From Minisyncoccota bacterium (GTDB lineage: Bacteria; Patescibacteriota; Minisyncoccia; Phycocordibacterales; UBA918), in the NCBI GenBank assembly GCA_041389025.1, contig JAWKSP010000001.1, forward strand, positions 478,663 to 542,662: 64,000 nt of DNA, written 5' to 3'. The notes under the pieces were generated by a model that worked only from the letters and a program-made list of their open reading frames with translations, did not search any database and had not been told where the DNA came from. The position numbers and the translations under genes were made by a program. This document shows positions 57,007-64,000 of the stretch, one piece after another. Each line of letters starts with the position of its first letter. Positions within the stretch are counted from its first letter, which is position 1.

Positions 57007-58035
57007 CTATTGCAATTTTTTATCTTTCGTTCCATCATATTTACCTTGACTAGCTAAACTATTCATTCGGCAAACATGTAACAACATTTTTTGGGCTTCC
57101 TCGGCATTTTCTGGCTTTCCACCCCAAGCATGCAAGAAAGGTTCTTCAATCGCCCGTGAATACGAAAAAGTGATCGGCCATGGTTGATCACCAAGTTTAG
57201 CAATAGCATTTAAATTTTCAGTAGCACGCTTGGGAGTTTGTCCGCCAGACAAAAACACGATACCTCCCACCTCATGCGGTACCGACATATGAAAAGTTCT
57301 TAAAGTAGCATTGGCAATCTCTTCTGGAGTGGATTGTTCTGGATACATGTCACCAGCCAAAACCATGGAGGATTTTAGTATGACACCAGATAAATCTACT
57401 CTATAATCTATTAGCGTACTAAAAAGTATCTGTAAGGTACGCGTGGTCACCTGCTCTGCTCGCTCAATAGAATGATCCCCGGCGTAAATAACCTCAGGCT
57501 CTACCATCGGCACGATTCCCACCGACTGAGCCAACTGTGCGTAGCGAGCCAAAAACATAGCGTTCATTTTTATAGAAGCATCAGTTGGAATTTTATCTTC
57601 ATCAATAGTTATAACCGCTCGCCATTTAGCAAAACGTGCTCCAAGATCATAATATTCTTTAAATCGCTCAGTTAAATTATCTAAACCTTGCGACACTACC
57701 TCACCTTTAAAACCGTGCAAATCAACTGTCCCCAGATCCACTTTGATACCAGGTATAATCCCTTTAGAAATTAAAACATCAGGGAAAGGTGTGCCATCAT
57801 CAGTAAAATTTTTGATTGATGAATCGTACATTATTACACCAGATAGATACTTTTCTACATCAGGAGCAGTAAAAAGTAACTCACGGAAGTCTTGGCGGTT
57901 TTCTGGCTCATTTGGTAGATGTACCATTTCTAGTCGTTTACCGGCTGTTTTATTACTCTCATCAGCAGCCAAGATACCTTTACCAGAAGCCATCAAAGCC
58001 GCGACTGTTTCATATAATTTAGCGTTCTTTTTCAT
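57007..58035 (-). CDS. fba: Fructose-bisphosphate aldolase, class I
   Basis: 342 aa. Class I FBA blocks (ILAADESNKTAGKRL; Schiff-base Lys region VLKSSMV; LSGGQ). Confidence 0.85.
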   Translation of the reverse strand: MKKNAKLYETVAALMASGKGILAADESNKTAGKRLEMVHLPNEPENRQDFRELLFTAPDVEKYLSGVIMYDSSIKNFTDDGTPFPDVLISKGIIPGIKVDLGTVDLHGFKGEVVSQGLDNLTERFKEYYDLGARFAKWRAVITIDEDKIPTDASIKMNAMFLARYAQLAQSVGIVPMVEPEVIYAGDHSIERAEQVTTRTLQILFSTLIDYRVDLSGVILKSSMVLAGDMYPEQSTPEEIANATLRTFHMSVPHEVGGIVFLSGGQTPKRATENLNAIAKLGDQPWPITFSYSRAIEEPFLHAWGGKPENAEEAQKMLLHVCRMNSLASQGKYDGTKDKKLQ

Positions 58036-58105
58036 ATTAGATATAGTGTAACAAAATAAAACAGCTCGCGCGTGCGCAAGCTGTGAAGAAAGTAAACAAA
58101 TGCAT

Positions 58106-58459
58106 TTACTGATTATTTATATCATTAATTCTTTTATTGTTAACCTTTCTTAATTCAATTAACCATTTTTTAATTGCTTTTAATGTCTCTTCCTCGCCAG
58201 TACTCACTAAAATATTAAAACTCTCTCTGTCACATTCCATTTTCTGAAACAAAAACAATAAGATTGTCTTGTTCTTTTTCACTAAACCAATGACTATGTC
58301 TGTGCTAATCTTTTTTTCTAACCCACACTGAACTATACTTATCAAGTTATCCAAGAGTCTATCTCTCGCCTCTAAATAACTTAACACAGCGCTATTAAGC
58401 CTAGTGGCATCAGCTCCAACTTTTTTAGTAAGACTTGCTACATCTTCTTGAGTCAGCAT
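58106..58459 (-). CDS. Hypothetical 117-aa protein
   Basis: ORF only. Confidence 0.4.
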   Translation of the reverse strand: MLTQEDVASLTKKVGADATRLNSAVLSYLEARDRLLDNLISIVQCGLEKKISTDIVIGLVKKNKTILLFLFQKMECDRESFNILVSTGEEETLKAIKKWLIELRKVNNKRINDINNQ

Positions 58460-58527
58460 GGCAACTCCTTAAAATTTGCGATAATTATTGACAAAAAACT
58501 ACTTTACCAGCATAGTACTACTAATTT

Positions 58528-59280
58528 ATGCTTAGTCAAGAGGAAGAGTGGTTGCTTAAAGAAGGTTTTCAAGGCGAAAAAAGCGAAGCTTTTTTCGCCT
58601 CCGTCCAAAAACTAAAGTCCGGCACTCCCCTTGCCTATCTTATCGGTTACACTCCTTTCCTAAATTGCCAAATCTTTCTAGACTCTAAACCGCTCATTCC
58701 TCGTCCCGAGACCGAGTTTTGGGCAGAAAAAGTCATTATAGAAATAAATGATCTGTCAAAAACCACAAACCGCACTATCGACGTTCTTGATCTATGCGCC
58801 GGCAGTGGTTGTATCGGGGTAGCTGTAGCAAAAAACTGCCCATCAGTTAAGGCTCATTTTTCCGAACTAGAAGAAGCACACCTAAAGACAATAGAAAAAA
58901 ATTGTAGAGAAAATAATATACAAAAAAATCGATACAAAATTCACCAAAGTGACCTTTTTACAAAACTTCCAAAAATCAAATATGACCTTATACTATCCAA
59001 TCCTCCCTACATCGACAAAAAACTAAACCGCGCCGAAAAATCAGTTGTAGAAAATGAACCGGAATTAGCCCTTTTCGGTGGTAAGGACGGCATGGAGGTA
59101 ATCGGAAAAATAATCACCAGAGCACCAGACTACTTAAAACAAAATGGTGAGCTATGGCTTGAACATGAACCGGAACAAACGGAAGACATCAAAGTTTTAG
59201 CCTCCAAAAATAACTTTAAATTTCACAATCACAAAGATCAGTACGGCGTGGAGCGCTTCTCTCAATTAGTGGTACAATAA
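58528..59280 (+). CDS. prmC: Release-factor glutamine N5-methyltransferase (PrmC/HemK)
   Basis: SAM-binding VLDLCAGSGCIG and catalytic LSNPPYI (NPPY) motif. Confidence 0.8.
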   Translation: MLSQEEEWLLKEGFQGEKSEAFFASVQKLKSGTPLAYLIGYTPFLNCQIFLDSKPLIPRPETEFWAEKVIIEINDLSKTTNRTIDVLDLCAGSGCIGVAVAKNCPSVKAHFSELEEAHLKTIEKNCRENNIQKNRYKIHQSDLFTKLPKIKYDLILSNPPYIDKKLNRAEKSVVENEPELALFGGKDGMEVIGKIITRAPDYLKQNGELWLEHEPEQTEDIKVLASKNNFKFHNHKDQYGVERFSQLVVQ

Positions 59281-59286
59281 ATCAAC

Positions 59287-59502
59287 ATGGATTTAGATAT
59301 ACAAAACTTTCCTCTTCACAACATTATCACCCTCGCTTTTTATGCGGTTGCTTTTTTATACGTTCTCTTTTCTGCTATTTTATATTACCACTGGAACGAA
59401 TACAGTGTTGAGCCAACTGTCACCAAAACCACTCTCACTTTCTATTTTATTTCTACTATACCGTTAGTAGTAATAATGGGTATTATGGTTTTAATTATTT
59501 AA
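59287..59502 (+). CDS. Hypothetical small 2-TM membrane protein
   Basis: 71 aa, two hydrophobic helices; tightly packed with the next gene. Confidence 0.35.
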   Translation: MDLDIQNFPLHNIITLAFYAVAFLYVLFSAILYYHWNEYSVEPTVTKTTLTFYFISTIPLVVIMGIMVLII

Positions 59503-59504
59503 TC

Positions 59505-60071
59505 ATGCTTTACGAAAAGATACATTTAGAAACTGATGAAAAGGTTTTAAAAGTAGTGCGAAAGCATTGGTTCATTATTGTTACTGAATTATTTGGTGCT
59601 TTTTTAATGCTTATCACCCCATTTCTAATTCTCTCACTACTCACTATCATGCCCCCAGAATTCATACCGACCCATATACATGTTGAAACCTATATGCCTT
59701 TTATAATTTTTGCTGTCGCTTTCTGGTTTTTGATGGCTTTGATGACCGGTTTTATGATTTGGACTCATTATTACCTAGACCTTTGGGTGATTACCGACCG
59801 TCGCATAATCGTAATCGACCAAATTGCTTTTTTTAATCGAAAAGTTAGTAGCTTTCGTCTGGAAAGACTACAAGATATCAAATACTCTATCGATGGATTG
59901 ATTGCTACTTTCTTGAAATTTGGTACCGTTCGTGCCCAAACCGCCGGTATGGGAGAAAATAGTTTTAAGACTACCGGTCTACCAGACCCACAAGAATTAC
60001 AATCAATTATCCAGCAAGCTACGGATGCTCGCCTTCAATATTTAAAGAACCATCACAATCACAGTGTCTAA
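59505..60071 (+). CDS. Membrane protein with a bacterial PH-like (YdbS/YdbT-type) domain
   Basis: Two TM helices followed by a beta-rich domain; pattern resembles the DUF304/bPH_2 family. Confidence 0.45.
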   Translation: MLYEKIHLETDEKVLKVVRKHWFIIVTELFGAFLMLITPFLILSLLTIMPPEFIPTHIHVETYMPFIIFAVAFWFLMALMTGFMIWTHYYLDLWVITDRRIIVIDQIAFFNRKVSSFRLERLQDIKYSIDGLIATFLKFGTVRAQTAGMGENSFKTTGLPDPQELQSIIQQATDARLQYLKNHHNHSV

Positions 60072-60121
60072 ACTTGCATACCCGACCCTACTTTCATACA
60101 ATCATAAAACTAATCAACATC

Positions 60122-61393
60122 ATGAAAAACAAAAAATTAAGTACCGAATCATACAAAGGCGTGCGTGACTTCTATCCGGAAGACATGGCTATTCAAAGTT
60201 ATATTTTTGACACCTGGAGTGACACAGCTGAGTCCTTTGGTTTTCAACGCTACGATGCTTCTATTCTTGAGCCAGCCGAACTGTATAAAAGCAAAGGATC
60301 AGAAAATGAGGAAATAATAAATGAGCAGTCATACACTTTCACCGACCGTGGCGACCGTGAAGTTACCTTACGTCCGGAAATGACCCCAACCGTCGCTCGC
60401 ATGATTGCCGGCCGTCACCGTGAACTACACTTTCCAATCCGTTGGTATTCGATTCCAAACCTTTTTCGTTACGAGCGCCCACAAAGAGGCAGACTCCGAG
60501 AACACTGGCAACTAAACTGCGACATTTTTGGTACCACTGACTATATAGCTGATGTTGAAATAATCGCACTCAGCTACCACACTCTACTAAATCTCGGCGC
60601 CACTCCAGAAATGTTTGAAATCCGTATCAACGACCGCTCTCTTATGGAAAGAACCTACCACGCTCTTGGTATAAAAAAAGCCGAAACCATTAACCAAATC
60701 ACCAAACTAAACGACCGTCGCCGAAAAATTTCTGACAAAGAATATCGCACCGCACTTTCAAAAATAGTAAATGATGAAGTCTTAGCGGAAGAAATCATCA
60801 TGATTTTAGATCAAACCGATGAACAATCAGACGTAGTTTTAGGACTGCAAGAACTTGGTATCACCAATGTAGTTTTTGATAAAAGTTTGGCACGTGGCTT
60901 TGATTATTACACTGGTACAATTTTTGAATTTTTTGACACAAATAAAGAAAACCCACGTGCTCTTTTGGGTGGTGGCAGATACGACAACCTGACCGCCATG
61001 TTTGGTGGTGAACCGATTGTCGGCGTTGGTTTTGGTATGGGTGACGTTAGTACCAGAAACTTCTTGGAAACTCATAACTTAATCCCTGAAAGTATACGCT
61101 CAAATTCCACTGATCTAGCCATAGTACCGACCGACCAAACTCTAAATTTAGAAGCAGAAAAGTTAGCCTCAGAATTTCGTAAACAAAAAATAAAAACTAT
61201 CACTTCTATAGGTACAAAAAAACTTGGCAAGAAAATCAGCGACTTAGCTCAGTCCGGTACGACTTTTGTTATAATAGTCGGCACCGACGAAATTGAAAGC
61301 AAAAAATACACCTTAAAGAACCTGCAGAAAAATTCTGAAAAGACCGGTAAACTCCGGCAACTAATTAGCGAAATTAAAAATCACCGAAAATAA
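60122..61393 (+). CDS. hisS: Histidine--tRNA ligase
   Basis: Class II motifs including RPEMTP, FRYERPQRGR and GGGRYD. ATG at 60122 (MKNKKLSTESYKGVRDF) preferred over the upstream in-frame start. Confidence 0.9.
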   Translation: MKNKKLSTESYKGVRDFYPEDMAIQSYIFDTWSDTAESFGFQRYDASILEPAELYKSKGSENEEIINEQSYTFTDRGDREVTLRPEMTPTVARMIAGRHRELHFPIRWYSIPNLFRYERPQRGRLREHWQLNCDIFGTTDYIADVEIIALSYHTLLNLGATPEMFEIRINDRSLMERTYHALGIKKAETINQITKLNDRRRKISDKEYRTALSKIVNDEVLAEEIIMILDQTDEQSDVVLGLQELGITNVVFDKSLARGFDYYTGTIFEFFDTNKENPRALLGGGRYDNLTAMFGGEPIVGVGFGMGDVSTRNFLETHNLIPESIRSNSTDLAIVPTDQTLNLEAEKLASEFRKQKIKTITSIGTKKLGKKISDLAQSGTTFVIIVGTDEIESKKYTLKNLQKNSEKTGKLRQLISEIKNHRK

Positions 61394-61394
61394 A

Positions 61395-61970
61395 ATGCGC
61401 TACATAATATTTGACTTAGAAACGCAAAATATTTTTCACGACGTTGGAAGCAATGACCCAACCGCTTTAGATATTTCGGTTGGTACTTTTTACGACAGCC
61501 TAGAAGACAAATACACTACTGTCACCATCGACGAACTACAGACTGTTTGGCCGATTTTAGAGCAAGCCGACGCTCTGGTTGGCTACAATAGCAACCACTT
61601 CGACATTCCACTTTTAAACAAATATTACCCCGGAGACTTAACCCACATAAAAAGTATCGATTTGCTGGAGGAAATCAGAAATTCACTTGGTCGCCGCCTA
61701 CGTCTAGACAGTGTAGCCGAAGCTACAGTTGGCGCTAAAAAATCAGCCCACGGTCTACAGGCTGTACGTTGGTGGCGTGAAGGAAAGATAAACGAAATCA
61801 AAAAATACTGCGAACAGGACGTAAAAGTAACCAAAAAAGTTTTTGACTACGCTATGAAAAACGGTCACGTTAAGTTCAAAGACGGCTCCCGCAAACGCGA
61901 AATACCGCTTGATACGAGCCACTGGCTGATAAAGGAAGAAGCGGCGATGACGCATTCATTGTTGTTTTAA
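61395..61970 (+). CDS. DnaQ-like 3'-5' exonuclease (DEDDy-type)
   Basis: Exo I IIFDLET, Exo II YNSNHFDIPLL, Exo III YCEQDV. Confidence 0.6.
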   Translation: MRYIIFDLETQNIFHDVGSNDPTALDISVGTFYDSLEDKYTTVTIDELQTVWPILEQADALVGYNSNHFDIPLLNKYYPGDLTHIKSIDLLEEIRNSLGRRLRLDSVAEATVGAKKSAHGLQAVRWWREGKINEIKKYCEQDVKVTKKVFDYAMKNGHVKFKDGSRKREIPLDTSHWLIKEEAAMTHSLLF

Positions 61971-61993
61971 GACTTAGAATGTAAAATATATTT

Positions 61994-62599
61994 ATGAAAA
62001 AAATATTAATATTAATTTTATTAATAATTGTTACTGGTCTAATTTTTGTTACCTTCTCTAAGAATAAAGAATTGGATTCAGACCCTAATAAAAACGAACC
62101 AGAAAAAGTAACCGAACCACCTGAAAAAACTATAGATTTATCTAATGTTGAAAAACCAGCTAGCTTTGCCAACGTACCAATGACTACTTATAAAAGCGCT
62201 GATTATGGTTATGAGATAACTTATCCGGAGAGCTGGGATACGGTATTGACTCCTAAGGAAGTTACTAATGGTCCTGATTTAGAAAATTATGTTATTTACC
62301 CAATTTATATAATGTACGGCCCGTCACCAATACTTGATATAACTTATTATGAAGATAAAGTTAATAACTATATAGATAGGAAAGTTGGTATATTTGACAT
62401 AACCAAAATATCATTAAATGGTTTAGACGGATATAAATACACTTCCGGTACTGAAAAAAATCATACAAAAACCACTTTCGTCCTTACGGTTAATAATGAA
62501 CATATACTAACAATTACCTACTGGCCAAATGAAGAGTACAATACCACTGAAGAAGAGGCCCTATGGGTATTATCTACCCTTAAATTGACTGATAACTAA
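61994..62599 (+). CDS. Hypothetical secreted or anchored protein
   Basis: N-terminal signal anchor (ILILILLIIVTGLIFVTF); 201 aa. Confidence 0.45.
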   Translation: MKKILILILLIIVTGLIFVTFSKNKELDSDPNKNEPEKVTEPPEKTIDLSNVEKPASFANVPMTTYKSADYGYEITYPESWDTVLTPKEVTNGPDLENYVIYPIYIMYGPSPILDITYYEDKVNNYIDRKVGIFDITKISLNGLDGYKYTSGTEKNHTKTTFVLTVNNEHILTITYWPNEEYNTTEEEALWVLSTLKLTDN

Positions 62600-62700
62600 A
62601 ACCTGAAAACGTATGTGTTATACTCTATCCTGTTGATAAATTTGATTTATTGACAGGATAGTTCCTTTTAAAATCTTAAATCATTCAGGAGGAAATTCTA

Positions 62701-63789
62701 GTGAATAATAAACTGTTTGTTTTATTTTTGTTGTTATTGATTAATAGCTATGCTTTTGCAGTTAAACCAATTGACGGTTTACCCGACTACAACGGTACGT
62801 ACTTTGGTAGTCCAAATACCGGTAGCTTGTACGATGAGAGTTCACCAATCTTTACCACCCTATGGCGAGATAATTATTATCGTAGTACCGCCAACTGTGC
62901 TGGAGAAGGTTGTGGTAAACATCCAGGAGTGGATATTGCAGTACCGAGCGGAACTGAAGTTAGAGCATCTTTATCTGGCAGAGTACACAGAAAATTAGAT
63001 TGTGACGCTGGTTGGGGTGGTTTAGTGGTAATAGAAGCCGATAACCCCTATAAATCCGGAGAAAAAGTGTACATCAGCTATGCACACCTACGGGACATCT
63101 TTGTTTCATTGGAGGATATAGTTTCAACCGGTGACATCATTGGCGAGTCCGGCGGTGCACTTACCGACCCTTGTCATGGTACCAGCACCGGCGCTCATTT
63201 GCATTTTCAAGTTGATAAGCCACATTCCGGAAATTATCCATGGTATCCGTTCGGTCGGTCTGAATATCCTGATAGCGATTTCGAGGTAACAGAAAAAACC
63301 TATAACCCACTACCTTTTGTTCAAGGTTATGGTTATCATTGGACCTTTGGTGAAGATGGCTTTAAGGAATTATGGGGAGCCTATAGTGTTAACGACTATG
63401 GAGTTGACAATAGCTACCTATGGATAGACAGCGAATCCACCTATGCTTCAATAACCAGATCTGGTATGGCTTCTAGCTGTGCCCATGGAGATGGTTACCA
63501 ATGCAGCCGCTCAGTCGCTATTGAAGCTGACTTATACAAGCTATGGGTCTTAAATCTGGATTTTGAATGTGATAATAATCCTGTTGTTGTCTACTTCAAA
63601 AACTCTGACGGAAAATACGGTGGTCTAGCCTTCAATTATGATAGTGCCAGAAAATATTACCTACCAATGAATATTCACAGTTTATGGACTGGCACAATTA
63701 CTGGGCTATGGCTTTTCCCATCAGACGGTTGTTCAGCACCCTCTGGTAACAGGGAATTTTATATTCACCAAATGTATTTTCTTCACTAA
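62701..63789 (+). CDS. M23-family metallopeptidase (LytM domain) with a C-terminal ~170-aa extension
   Basis: GTG start with SD aggagg. Signal peptide. HPGVDIAVPSGTEVRA (HxxxD) and GAHLHFQV (HxH) motifs. Confidence 0.8.
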   Translation: MNNKLFVLFLLLLINSYAFAVKPIDGLPDYNGTYFGSPNTGSLYDESSPIFTTLWRDNYYRSTANCAGEGCGKHPGVDIAVPSGTEVRASLSGRVHRKLDCDAGWGGLVVIEADNPYKSGEKVYISYAHLRDIFVSLEDIVSTGDIIGESGGALTDPCHGTSTGAHLHFQVDKPHSGNYPWYPFGRSEYPDSDFEVTEKTYNPLPFVQGYGYHWTFGEDGFKELWGAYSVNDYGVDNSYLWIDSESTYASITRSGMASSCAHGDGYQCSRSVAIEADLYKLWVLNLDFECDNNPVVVYFKNSDGKYGGLAFNYDSARKYYLPMNIHSLWTGTITGLWLFPSDGCSAPSGNREFYIHQMYFLH

Positions 63790-63825
63790 CCAACCAATCT
63801 GATAGAGAGGTAATAAAATGTTACT

Positions 63826-64000
63826 AAAAATATTTAAGTTCTTTATATTGTGTTCTTTATTTTTTTCAACCCAAATCTTTGCTGGAAATGATATTTCTGA
63901 ACAAAGAAAAAATCACGGGAAATCACCAAAAATTGTAGTCGAGGACGATGACCCAAGTGTTGAAAAACAATTTTCAAACACACACATACCGGAAAAAGTG
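63826..64000 (+). CDS. 5' end of a hypothetical secreted protein; truncated by the window edge
   Basis: ATG followed by signal peptide MLLKIFKFFILCSLFFSTQIFA. Confidence 0.3.

Overview
This window is low-GC (roughly 35-40%), reads cleanly under the standard genetic code, and carries ~65 protein genes, 2 tRNAs plus tRNA fragments, an RNase P RNA and one IS110-family insertion sequence. Gene content (many small secreted or membrane hypotheticals, L,D-transpeptidase, class I FBA, GH15/GH57/GT4 alpha-glucan genes, V-type ATPase) suggests a small-genome CPR/Patescibacteria-like bacterium, but that is inference only.

Housekeeping blocks: S8 protease, rnpB, an O-antigen-ligase-like TPR membrane protein, MurJ, LepA, FtsB-like and glutaredoxin-like genes (0.2-9.8 kb). 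An extracytoplasmic MsrA-MsrB fusion with a Met-rich thioredoxin and a CcdA-thioredoxin fusion (18.8-22.5 kb). Fpg and UDG (29.9-31.5 kb). A nine-gene V-type ATPase operon in the Enterococcus hirae ntpFIKECGABD order with the Na+-binding residues of subunit K conserved (35.0-43.7 kb). DEAD-box helicase, CorC, TruB-like, a GH15-GH57-GT4 glucan cluster, an unannotated rpmG (L33), class I FBA, PrmC, HisRS, and M23 and L,D-transpeptidase wall enzymes.

Most interesting regions:
- 13.9-18.7 kb accessory segment: an intact tRNA-Arg(CCU) flanked by orphan copies of its own 5' half and 3' end, then a tRNA-Phe whose 3' end sits inside a 21-bp inverted repeat. Next come an IS110-family element, a family of CCAGCGGAGC-core direct repeats (two 31-bp copies 1.2 kb apart) bracketing a ~54% GC foreign ORF with consensus promoters, and a large GC-clamped hairpin.
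- 31.5-34.5 kb: a candidate minimal flavin-based electron-transfer module. It comprises an NqrB/RnfD-like membrane domain fused to an FNR-like NAD(P)H reductase, transcribed divergently from a translationally coupled FMN-bind protein and ApbE flavin transferase.
- 2.3-2.8 kb: an RNase P RNA carrying three unusually long, perfectly paired AT-rich hairpin expansions.
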